This document shows, piece by piece, positions 10,873 to 22,505 of a DNA stretch of 64,000 nt. A model generated the notes under the pieces. That model made no database searches, was not told where the DNA came from, and saw only the letters and a program-made list of their open reading frames with translations. A program made the translations under genes and the position numbers. Position 1 is the stretch's first letter, and the number at the start of each line of letters is the position of its first letter. Origin of the DNA: Epithemia pelagica (taxonomy: Eukaryota > Protista > Bacillariophyta); contig OX337240.1 in the NCBI GenBank assembly GCA_946965045.2, forward strand, positions 1,736,001 to 1,800,000. Direction: 5' to 3'.

Positions 10873-13800
10873 TTGGAAATTGTGAGAGGAGGAAGAGAGC
10901 GGAAACGGAAGGCGTCGGAAGCTTTGGAGATTCGAGCGATTGAGAAGGATGGAAAGGGCGATGGCGAGAGTGATAACAACTCGACAAAGTTTAATTGTTA
11001 CGTAGAGAGTTCGTCGATTTGCACTTCGCTTGTTGGAGTGGCAGAGCGAAAGATAACTCGCTTGAAAGTAGGTAAGGGAGATTGTAAGATTGGGTTGGCG
11101 AGCGGTGGTACCCCCTTTTGGTTTTGGGCGGTACCAGCTCTGGGTCAGGTGCTTTGGATTGACACGCCGGAGGAAAAAGTAACAGGCGGAGAAACGGGAT
11201 CGTCCAGTTGGGCGAAGTTGGCGATTGATCGAGTAGATCGGTTGACGAAAAACAAGGGTACCAAGAAGATGAGAATTGCAGTGCGGCAACCACAACCCTG
11301 GCTTGAACGTCCCGAGGTGGACATTGTTTTGTTTGATGGAGGGTGGACTCCAACCCCAGGACACCCAGTGTGGAACATGCCGACGGTACAGGTGGTTTGT
11401 TGGATAGGAGGACGCAAGGGAGCAGGGCCACATCGAATGAATGTGAATTGGACAACGACTGTTATGCGTACGAGGCATGACGAGCTGGGCGGAGTCACGA
11501 CACAGGAGGCGTTGATTCATGTGGCTGAGCGAGTGGTGGAAGGACGGTCATGTTGATTTGTGGATTGCTGGAGGAATCACATGGTGCCAGGTTTGGAAAA
11601 AACAACAATGAGTGGGGTGGTTGATCTGACGATAAACGGGAAGGACTGTCCGGCTCCGTCCGATTATGATCCCACGAAGGAAGGAGTGAATGTCATTGAT
11701 CGAAAGATGAATTGGAAGAAGGACAGGTATCGAAATCATGTGTTGCCCAGTGTTTTCACAACCTCAGGCTGTGTTAGACGCCGTTTGTCTCCGAAAGAGT
11801 TAGCGACAGCTCTGGACTTTCCAGCGGAATTGCACAAAAGAGGATCAGAGGAGGAGTTGAATTGTTGGATAGATGAATTGGTCGTCCCATTCAAATGTCG
11901 AGTGCAGGTTGCTTTCTCGTTACGAGAATGGATGAGTGGAACGCAGGAGCAGGAGGAAAAATTTATGGAACAAGATTTGAATGCTCAGGTATTCGATCGA
12001 GATTCGGGATCCAATTCTGAAGAAGCACGAATGACGGAGGCTGAGGCGATGTATTCAGCACCTGACTGTGAAGAAGGAGTTGGTTCTCTGAATGTTGAGG
12101 AACGACGTGAGGATAGGAATCTAAAAGCAACCAAGTCGGACGATGCGGAAGTTCCAACTTACTTGTGGGATGATCGCATCTGTGGCAAATTGGGAATTCG
12201 GGATGTGTCCGAGCAAGCGAAATGTGTGAAGGCGTTGAATGTGATTCGTGGAGCCGCATTACGCTACTGGAAGCGTTTGGTATGCTCGGAATTTTGGCAA
12301 TGGTGGCGGTTCCAGCGATTTGATCATGATAATGGTGATGTGACGCTGAGAGAACGAACATTGCAAGCGGGCTTGAGTGCTCTATCCCATGCATCTCAAG
12401 CTTCATGGTGGGACTGGGATAAAGGGTCCTCACCCTTTTTCTGGCGGATGCCTGATGCCCAATAGATGCGCGAGATGCGAGATGGGATAGCTCCTATGTG
12501 GATAGGAGAACCACCGTCTTACCGGCGAAGGCAACAAGCTAATCCCGATGAAAAACAAAGAGCTTTTGAAAAGAAAAAACTGACAAAGGTGAGGACAAGA
12601 GGATATATCGCTCAAACGAATGGTATTAAATCGTTGACGAGCTGCTTTTCGGTACCAAAGGGAGTAGACGATATCCGCATGGTATACGACGGTACCAAAA
12701 GTGGATTGAATGCAGCATTGTTTGCACCTTGGTTCGGATTGGGAAATGTGAACTCTATGTTGCGCACTGTGGAGTCGAGAACATGGTCGGCAGATAACAA
12801 TTTTGGTGAGATGTTTCTTAACTTCTGGCTGCATCCGGATTTGAGAGCCTATACCGGCATCGATATCACTGACCTTTTCCCAGAGGAGTTGAAGGAGCGG
12901 TTTGGACGCACTCGTTTATGGGAGGCATGGACGAGGTGCGCTATGGGTTTGACGACATCGCCGTATCAGGCAACTCAAAATGCACAACGCGTCAAGAGAT
13001 TGATTTTTGGTGATAGGTTAGACCCGAAGAACATTTTTGGATGGGTGGACGTCAGACTGAACTTACCAGGGGATGCTGATTATGACCCAAGTGTGCCGTG
13101 GATAAGCAAGATTCGGAGTGATGGAGCAATCACCGCGGACGTTCACCCATATGTTGACGATCTGAGGGAAACAGCGCTGACGGAGGAGGAGGCGTGGGCA
13201 GCGGCGAGTAAAATGGCCAAAGGAGCTGCCTTCTATGGGTTGCAGGATGCGGCCAGAAAGCGAAGACCCCCGAGTAAACAACCGGGTGCATGGGCTGGAG
13301 CTGTAGTAGGAACGGACGAAAGAGGATACGTCTACAAGACGGTATCACAGGAAAGATGGAACAAGACGAAGGGGCACATCAACACGCTCAAGCAGTGGGC
13401 GGAGACAGGTGATAAGATCGATCGAAAGGAATTGGAGCGAGTGAGAGGTTTTCTGGTTTATGTCTCATTGACGTTCGATACAATGGTGCCTTACCTTAAA
13501 GGAATCCATCTCACGTTGGAGACCTGGCGAACGGACAGAGACGCTGAAGGATGGCGACTCCCGGAAAAGGATCGGCGAAAGCGAAAGCTCAGCGAGTTGA
13601 GAGAAGACAAAGTTCCTCCAAAAAGGGTGGAGCCAGCTCCTCGTTTTGCGAGTGATGTTGCGGCGCTAGTTGAATTGACAAAGGATGAATTGCTGCCAAA
13701 GATTTTGGCTCGACCAACAAAGGGAGCGAAGGCAGCGATCATCTTCGGCGACGCATCTGGAGAAGGATTCGGAACATCGCTTTGGCTGTATGGTTCACCG

Positions 13801-14676
13801 ACTGTTGAAACAGAACATGGGTTGTGGACGAAGGCTTATGGCGGAAGGTCCTCAAACTTTCGCGAATTGTATAATTTGGTGCTCAGGTTGGAAGCTCTGG
13901 TGTATGATGGGACGATCCAGAAGGGGTCGGAAATCTTCATGTTTACAGATAATTCCACGGCGGAGGCAGCTTTCTTCAGAGGGACCTCCTCTACTCCACT
14001 TTTGTACGAACTTGTACTAAGAACCAAGCGGCTCGAGATGACGGGTCAAGTTTTCGTGCGGGTAATCTGGGTTGCTGGAACAAGGATGATTGAGCGAGGG
14101 ACGGATGGCTTGTCCCGGGGAGATTTGATGACTGGAGTCATGGCAGGAGGCAACATGCTGATGTATGTGCCTTTAAACAAGACTGCCGAAGAAAGACAAA
14201 GTGGATTGGCCGATTGGCTGAAGAGTTGTGCACCATCGCTCTCGTGGAAAGTTCTAGATACCAAAGACTGGTTCGATTGGGCGTTTGAAGACGATAATTT
14301 CATCTGGATGCCCCCTCCCGCGATTGCCGACGTGGCAGTTGACCAGTTATGCGAGGCTCGACACATCCGAACACGTACTGGACACATGTTTGTTTGCCCA
14401 GCCCTCATGTCTAACCGCTGGAGGAAAAAACTGGGAAAAGTTGCGGATTGTGTTTTTACTGTTCCGGTTGGCAGCGCGTTATGGAGTAAATCTCAACACG
14501 AACCTTTGATTGTTGCATTCGTTTGTCCCTTTCTTTACAGACGCCCCTGGCAAGTTAAGCGAGAAAAGAACTTATTGGAGCAGGTGGACGGGCAATTGCA
14601 AGTGTTGTGGTCGACCGGTCCAACCGCTGTCAGGGATTGTCTGTGCAAACTTTGGGAGTACAAGGGGAACGAGTAG
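10873..14676 (+). CDS. DIRS ORF2: N-terminal MTase-like region + reverse transcriptase + RNase H + Dam-like MT remnant; in-frame stops at 11554 (TGA) and 12463 (TAG)
   Basis: ORFs 10873, 11560 and 12466 share one frame. RT: PYVDDLR. RNase H: IFGDASG, SSNFRELYNL, MFTDNST, GTDGLSRG. C-terminal FIWMPPP...FVCPALMSNRW resembles the DIRS MT domain. Confidence 0.88.
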
Positions 14677-16087
14677 AATCTGTTGTGGGATTTGGCACGC
14701 GAAATGTTATAAGCAGTGTGCCGAGGACAAATTTCCAGTGTATGAGGCAGGAGATTTGGACGATGCCCTGATGGATACCTAGCTGCACGGCGAGATGGCA
14801 GATGACGAACAGCGGTTCAAGGAAGCGCGTGTTGGTGATGACTTGATGTGTGTGTTTCAATGCGACGATTGCAGTTTTTATAATTTGCAAGGAAGATTCG
14901 CAAATGAGCAAAAGGAAGCGGACAAGCTGTTGTTGCTGTGTATTCGACGCGCGATTCTAGATTCATTCTGGTCAAGAGAACGTACAACAGTGGAAAAGAA
15001 TTGGAGGGAGGTTAGAGGACTCATAGAAGCAGGAGAAGCCATGGGTTTGGACCAACCTTTACCACATCGGGGTCCATGTCCGGTGGTGGACGACCAAGGA
15101 CTCAATGTGGCCTGTCTCATGTTAATCAAAACAATGAATCAAGGACGAAACTCCCGACACATCCAGTTCGAGACAGCGCGCAAGGTCAGATCAGCGGTAT
15201 CGAATTTCTATCACACCCTGCCTGGAGGAACCGGATTAGCGACAGTTGGATATGGTGATCGAGGTGGATTGTTCTTTAGCGGCAGCCCAACAAACTCTCA
15301 TTGGTTCAAACGATTTATGACGGGTTGTCACGATCGAATGGGGGATGTATGGATCCCAGACCAGGCCACGACGTTGGACGAGGTGAAGGCTGGTTTGTCT
15401 GTGTTAGAAGAGGAGTGGCAGGGTGGATTGCAGGGAGCGAGAAAGCGAGAGGTAGCGTTGACGGGAGCGTTGATCGTGGCTGGCTTTGTGGCAGCATTGA
15501 GAGGGGAAGAGATCCCACAAATAGACATCGGATTGATGAGGAAGTATTGGGTCGAGGGACTTGAGTACCCACGAAAGAAACACGTTCTATTAGCGCTGGC
15601 TGGACGCTTCAAACAAACCAACGGAACTTTCAGGATTTACATGCACCCGTTGGCGGACAAGACGAGCTCGGGCATTGAAGTCCGATTGTGGCTGGAACGA
15701 GCCATTCGTTGTTGGCATGATAATGGTGTGACCTCTGGGCCGTTGTTTCGAACAACAAAGGGAAAAGGCAAAGTGGCGCGTGCATCAGTGGGTGACTTGG
15801 ACATTTTATTCCACGACTTGTGGAAGCGAGTTCAACACCGGTTTCCGCAACTCATACCTGACACCACAAAGGTGGATGAGGCATACAGCGTGAGACGATC
15901 CTTGAGGAGAGGAGCGACCACAGAAGCACAAAACAGAGCCATCCCAACAGAAGTGCTGGAAGCAAACAATCGTTGGAGAAAGCACCTGAGAGGAAGGGGA
16001 ATACTTCCTACCATGTCAATGGTTGAAAGGTACACAGACGCAAAGGCTTCGGTTGAGGCGTTGGTTCGATTTTCAGAACTGATGTGA
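14510..16087 (+). CDS. DIRS ORF3 tyrosine recombinase with N-terminal Cys/His region; in-frame TAG at 14780
   Basis: ORFs 14510-14782 and 14795-16087 are in the same frame. CGIWHAKC and FQCDDCSF, then ALRGEE (catalytic R), RSLRRGATT (HxxR position), RW and MVERY (catalytic Y). Confidence 0.88.
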
Positions 16088-16483
16088 TGAGGATCATCTT
16101 GGAGGAAAGGATGAAATGGATATCAAGATATGAGGGGAACGACCACACGGGGTGAAGACGCGACGGCACTACCTAGTGGTGCAGTCCAGGTCGCTTGTTG
16201 TTGTCAGCTTGACTGTTGAAGATTGGGGGGTTATTTCTCTAGGTTGGTTGCTGGGGGTTGGCACCCTACAGCATCTGACTACTGTACTACTGCGAAGAGA
16301 TTTCGAGAGTGCAGGCTCACATTGTGAGTAAAAAGGAGAATGGCTCACTAGTTGGAGACACGCTCGCCCACAGCAGACGCGTATAGTTCAGAATCTCATC
16401 GCGGCGCGATTCCGGATCCTTCCCTATACGGGATTGATGGGTGGGGGGCCTAGACCCCCCCAGTGTTGGTTAAGTACTTTAAT

Positions 16484-17645
16484 CCCTCCGACTAGATGTC
16501 CGCTTCTTAGCTCGTCTGTTCGGGCAAGACAAACCCAATCTCACAGACAAAAAAATGAATGGAAATTTCACATCCATCGGTGGAAAGGCTGGCGTGATGT
16601 GACAGTTGGAAGATGGCAGGCGTTCTTCTCAACAAGACTCAAAATAGTGTTCTCAGGGAGATAACGGGTTACAAAATCGATGCAGGCAACAAAACGAGGC
16701 AATTACCAAACCAACACCAAAAACGGCATGCTTCGTCCCTGGCCATCTCATCTCATCTTTGTCACTGCACATCCATCATGGTAAGTTCTGGAATGGCTAA
16801 TACTTGCATTGGAATGGACAATGTTTAGTTGTAGGCTCTCACTACGTTGCCAGTTGCCATAGTGTGTCATTTGTTTGTGCCATGTAACATCCATTTTGGT
16901 CGATGCCATGTGGGGCTGCTGGCATCATTTGTAGGATTCTTATAGGACAAAATAGAGCTATAGACCTCAATTAGGAGTAGGTAGGATAAGTGGAGGAAGC
17001 CATCCATTTTTCCTCTGCTGTCGCTCAGTTTGGGTCTTTAGTGGATTGTGATGTCGACCTGCTCCTGTTGTTCTTTTTTTGTTGCCATGAGCATGACTTG
17101 TCTTTCCCAGCAGTGCAGGGGACTCTACACTCTATATGCTCCATAACGCAACTAGAAAGAGACGTATTCTAAAATAGGACTGTCTGTGGTTGCAAAGAGA
17201 CAAGCCTACGGCAACGGCACGGTGTTGTGGAGGAGGGTCCACTTTTAAACGGACACAAACACTAGAAACAACCACACTTCTCCTAGAAAAAACAAAGAAA
17301 GGATGGGGTAGAGCAAAACACTATCTATGGTCTATATGTCAAATGTCCATGGTGTGCAGATGATGGAGAATGCATTGTGATGGTGCATGTCCATTATCCA
17401 TGTCAAAAGGTGCGTAGTGAAAATAATGTGGGTCGCAACTTGGGACGACAATCAAGAATGGGGAAGACCAACGGTCAAAGTGCGCACGCCTGCTCACAAA
17501 ATTTCAAAACGGTGATCCAGAAGGCCGGCGTGATCATTTTCATTTTGACCCGAAATTTTCTTCAAAAACGCAAAAAAACCAAAATTAAAATGGTTGGTCG
17601 CGGAGAGCGGCTGGGGGGCTAAGAAGCGGACACCTAGTCGGAGGG
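16484..17645. mobile_element. Non-autonomous TIR element (1162 bp, CCCT...AGGG ends, piggyBac-like) inserted in DIRS repeat B1
   Basis: 28-bp TIRs: CCCTCCGACTAGATGTCCGCTTCTTAGC (16484-16511) and its reverse complement at 17618-17645 with 1 mismatch. Absent from B2. No coding capacity recognised. Confidence 0.85.
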
Positions 17646-17946
17646 TTATCAGGTTGATGCACGAGACAGGAACGATGAAGAGTGTGATGATTTGGAAGAG
17701 TGAGGATGAAGTACCGCATCGTACCGCTCAGGTCAAGAAGGGACCGACGGACGAACGATGACCAAGTAATCACACCCAAAGAGTTCCTGACTGAATGAGT
17801 TGTGTTGGGACGGTCATCGGAATGACTGTCCCAACAAAGTTTCAACAATCATAAATTGTTGGAAAGAAGCTTTGTGAAGTGCACCGTTGGATTTGATCAC
17901 CCGTTCGGTTCTTTACATTCTTCTTTCGCCCACCCGCCCGCCCGGT

Positions 17947-18361
17947 AAGACGCGACGGCACTACCTAGTGGTGCAGTCCAGGTCGCTTGTTGTTGTCAGC
18001 TTGACTGTTGAAGATTGGGGGGTTATTTCTCTAGGCTGGTTGCTGGGGGTTGGCACCCTACAGCATCTGACTACTGTACTACTGCGAAGAGATTTCGAGA
18101 GTGCAGGCTCACATTGTGAGTAAAAAGGAGAATGGCTCACTAGTTGGAGACACGCTCGCCCACAGCAGACGCGTATAGTTCAGAATCTGGAGTTCTGGCA
18201 TCGCGGCGCGATTCCGGATCCTTCCCTATACGGGATTGATGGGTGGGGGGCCTAGACCCCCCCAGTGTTGGTTAAGTACTTTAATATAGTGTTATCAGGT
18301 TGATGCACGAGACAGGAACGATGAAGAGTGTGATGATTTGGAAGAGTGAGGATGAAGTACC
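17947..18361 (+). repeat. Split direct repeat B2 (copy B1 = 16155-16483 + 17646-17713)
   Basis: AAGACGCGACGGCACTACC...GTTAAGTACTTTAAT and TTATCAGGTTGATGC...GATGAAGTACC occur in both. B2 has an extra GGAGTTCTGG and ATAGTG. Confidence 0.95.
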
Positions 18362-18969
18362 ATCGGATTTCGGATGGATATGGATGGTGGAATCGGACGC
18401 TCGTACTCGTGGGGTGATCTAGAAGAAATAAAATCTGGCAGGGACTTCCATTATGACTGTTTATTGTGACTCTTGCTGGGGGAACATGGAACATCCCATC
18501 GTTCAAGACCAGTTTGTCATAAATGTTTTCTGAAAAGATACCATACCACTGAACACTGAACACCAGTTGTTTTTCTACGTCTAGCTAAGCTAGAGAGCAG
18601 TAGAGTACAGTCATGTATGACCGATCGGTTTTTCTGCTCCTAGTTAGACTTTGAATGACCATTCCCAACGAATCTACGACTACGACTACGACTACTCGTA
18701 GAATGAGATGGGCCTTTAAGAATCAATGACCATTGAGTTCTTTTCAGCGTGTAACTGTGAGATTGAGATCCCTCAAACTCAAACCAACAAACCAGTGTGA
18801 TGAGATCTCTTTGGGACCTTTGTCGTGATACCCACACCCACCACAATTTTTCTTTTGGTCCATTGATCAAGGCAAGATTGGGAGGTAAACGAACGTTGGC
18901 TTGACTGAGTGAAAACACAGAAAGAGCTTATCTACGAGAGCATCGCTTATCCATCGAAAGAACTGCACC

Positions 18970-21653
18970 ATGTACCTCGGTCGTGCCATCCTTTTGCTGC
19001 CCCTCGTCACGGTGGTGACAGCCGTCCATCCTGGTTCTTATCCTTGGCCAACTGATGGTAAGACCGTTGAAATCGACCTTGTATCCACTTCCTCTTTTTC
19101 ACTAATAAGTTGCATTCTTTCTGAATTCGGTATGAAACTGCAGAGGAACGTTTAGCGATTTGCGGTGTATCCAAACGTAAAATGTATGAACGGGAAACTT
19201 CTGCGCCCTCGTCTCATCCTACTAGCGCTCCCACCAACAGTCCTACTGAAACCAAGATTGAGCCCATGCAAGTATACCCGACTTCTGCTCCTACGAGCGG
19301 TCCGACTTCTGGGCCTACCAGTGGTCCGACTTCTGGGCCTACCAGTGGTCCGACGAGTGGTCCGACCAAGGCCCCTCAGGCTGGTCCGACTTCTGGCCCC
19401 ACGTCTGGTCCGACTTCGGGCCCGACGTCCGATCCGACTTCGGGCCCCACGCACGGTCCGACTTTTGCACCGACGGAAGGCCCAACATTTGGGCCCACGG
19501 ATTCCCCGACGAGAGCTCCCACGGACCATCCAACCTCTGCCCCGACTGAAGGCCTTGATGACTTGGATGATTGTGTCGTCAAAGAAATCGATATTTGTAT
19601 TGCCATTGACTTATCCGGCTCGATTTGTTCGCCACCCTCTGGTGCAACCACATGTCAGACTTCTGGCGCAAATTCAAATTGCAAGGACGCGTGCTACGGT
19701 GGTCACCCCTTGACACGACAAATGTGCTGTGAGAATCACAAAATGGAGCGCGAATTTGCAGAAGATTTTGTTAAAGCGATGGACCACTACGGTGGGGCCA
19801 AGTTTGCGGTTGTGACGTTTGCCACTACAGCGGACAAAAAAGTTGGTCTTGGTCATGCGGATGCTGCAGTCGGCGCAATCAAAGGACTTACATACGCTGG
19901 CGGATTTACAAACACCGGAATGGCAATTCAGTACTGTCACGAGTATTTGGAAGCGGGTTCTGCTCCCCACAAGGTGATCACCCTTTTCACCGATGGAAAA
20001 CCGACCAGGAGTACTTCGGAAAATGACTCAGCATTGGAACATTTCAACTTCGCCAAAGAAAAAGCCGACTACGCCATTCTGTCCGGTATAGATATGATCG
20101 TTGTATCCATTCAGACGCCAAGCACTCATGAAGCCAACCTTCTAGCGCTTGCATCGTCGGAGAAATTCGTCCTGGACGTTAATCGATTCACGGACCTTGA
20201 CATGCAAAAAGTCAAAGACCTTGTCCGAATGGTCAAGTGTGAACCACCTCCCAAGCCTGAGTTGAGTTGTACTGATAAGGACATTGATGTTTGTATTGCC
20301 ATTGATGTGTCAGGCTCCATCTGTTCGCCACCTTCTGGTCCAACGACATGCCAGACTTCCTCTACCAGTTGTGAGGACGCGTGCTACGATGGTCACCCCT
20401 TTACACGAGAAATGTGTTGTAAAAATCACCACTTGGAGCGCTTGTATGCATCATCTTTCATTCGAACGATGTCCCGGTACGACGCGACTTCGACTTTTGG
20501 TGTTGTGACGTTTGGCACCAGCGCCTTTGACGTCACCCCACTCTGCGGTGCGACTTCCGCGATCGACCACATCAATGGACTTACATACCGTGGTGGATAT
20601 ACAAACACCGGAGAGGCAATTGAAAAATGTTTCCATTATTTGAAATCAGGTTCTGCTGAGCACAAGGCGATGGTCTTTATCACCGATGGAAAACCGACCA
20701 GGAGCATTCCAGAAAATGACAGCGCCGCCGAACATTTGGAATATGCGGTATCGAAATCCCTTGAGGCCCAGATGCATGAAATGACGGTCGCGGTCGTAAC
20801 CGTTGATACGCCAAGCACAGACATTACCAACATTCAAAAGCTCGCATCGTCGGATGATTTCGTCGTTGACGTTCCGCACTTCGAGAACCTTAACGTGCTC
20901 AAGGTGCACGAGCTTGTCGAAAAGGTCAAGTGTAATAAACCTCCTGTCCCTGACTTGCCGTGTGCTGCGAAGGACTTTGATGTTTGTATTGCCATTGACA
21001 TGTCGGGTTCCATCTGTTCGCCACCCTCTGGTCCAACGACATGCCAGACTTCCTCTACCAATTGCAAGGACGAGTGCTACGATGGTCACCCCTTTACACG
21101 AGGAATGTGTTGTAACAATCACAAGCTGACGCGCGACTTTGCAACGGGATTTATCAACTCGATGAATAGTTACGACGGAGATTACACTTTTGGCATTGTG
21201 AGGTTTGCCACCTACGCCCACAAGGAAACTGACTCTCTCATCGAAGCGGGTCCGGCGATCGACAAGATTGAACAACTTGCATATTCTGGTGGATTCACAA
21301 ATACCGGCCAGGCAATCAAGCAGTGTGCCGAACTTTTGGATGATTTTGGTACTGCTTCGCACAGTGCGATCGTCGTCATTACCGATGGAAATCCGACCAG
21401 GAGTACCGAGGGTAGAACCACCAACGCCCAACATCTGACATACGCGATAGACCAAGCCGATCTAGCAAAGGTCGACCACAAGATCATTGGTGTAACCGTC
21501 AATACGGTAAGCACCGTCACTCAGAACGTCAAAGATATGTCGACCACGGAGGATCACGTCGTGGACGTTGAATCGTTCCATGAACTTGACATGGACAAAC
21601 TTGACGACCTCCTCAAAATGGTCCAGTGTGATACAATTCCAACAACCGCTTAG
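18970..21653 (+). CDS. Secreted protein: signal peptide, (PTSG)n mucin-like stalk, three tandem vWA domains
   Basis: Exon 1 18970-19057 (MYLGRAILLLPLVTVVTA), intron 19058-19143 (GTAAGA...CTGCAG), exon 2 in frame with ORF 19182. Three MIDAS DxSGS motifs at 19590, 20286 and 20979, each followed by VTF, GGxTNTG and TDGxPT motifs. Confidence 0.9.
19280..19455 (+). repeat. Coding 12-nt tandem repeat encoding PTSG units
   Basis: CCGACTTCTGGG / CCTACCAGTGGT-type units translate as PTSGPTSGPTSG. Confidence 0.9.
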
Positions 21654-22505
21654 TGATGAACAACAACCCCTTAGTGATAATGGTAGAACTGATCGAAATA
21701 AAATTGAAGTACATGGTTTTCTTTCTTCCTTTCTCGTAAAAGTCTAAAATACCTCTACTAGAACTCTGAGACAATAGACGAGTAGAATATGTTCCAACCG
21801 TCTAAATTTCCTTCCTGTCGATTCTAATATCCTCTCTCTACTCGTACTTGCTAGTAGAAGTACTTGTCGGAGTGGAGGCTCTTCAATACGGTACACTCTC
21901 GTGCCTTAGAAGAGACTAACTAGAGAGCTAGCAGAGCCTTTACTTTATACTTGGGGTGGTTAGCCGACAATGCGCATCCTTTTGTGCTAAGGCCGGCGGA
22001 CGCTAGAGAATAACCATTTATAGTAGCCTAAGGAACCAAAGACCAAAGATCTTGAGAAGATACCCTATTCTCCACCTAGATCACCAAGTCAATGGAACAA
22101 TCCTCTTCATCCTCTGGACTTGCTGCTGCTGTTGTGTGGATGGTGTTGTGTACATCCTCTAAAACTACTATCAGCGTATAAAAGGGACGGTTGTTTTGCG
22201 AAAGAAGAGAGGGACAACCACGAGGACGGACGCCGAGTGAGTTGTCGTCCAGGAAACGAGGAACCCCCGTGTGTGATACGGTGTGTGTGGTTGGACCGTC
22301 CGAGTTTTTGTGTCACAGGGGAGAGAGAGCGAGAGAGAGAGAGACTAAAAAGAGCGAAAGGGTGTGAGCAGTTCTCGGGGTGTACCAACGTATCTACATG
22401 GGAAAGTGATTCTTCCTTCATGAGCGCCAAACAAAGAAGGGAAGCAAGCCATTGGACCAGGCGTATTGTTACGTGCACACCCAAACCCTCGTCATCGTCA
22501 TTGTC

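Larger units (their letters stand above)
8218..18361 (+). mobile_element. Tyrosine-recombinase retrotransposon (DIRS superfamily, split-direct-repeat PAT/Ngaro-like structure)
   Basis: A1 8218-8437 matches A2 17714-17928; B1 16155-17713 (interrupted) matches B2 17947-18361. Order A1-ORFs-B1-A2-B2. Internal gag-like, RT/RNase H and YR ORFs. Confidence 0.93.

Noticed and set aside
16613-17622. Possible transposase remnant inside the 1.16-kb TIR element
   Set aside because: Only short ORFs; no DDD/DDE or Cys-rich piggyBac motif seen on either strand.
17714-18361. Reading the A/B repeats as LTRs or as a CRISPR-like array
   Set aside because: No TG...CA ends, no TSD and no regular repeat-spacer period; the A1-B1-A2-B2 order fits split direct repeats.
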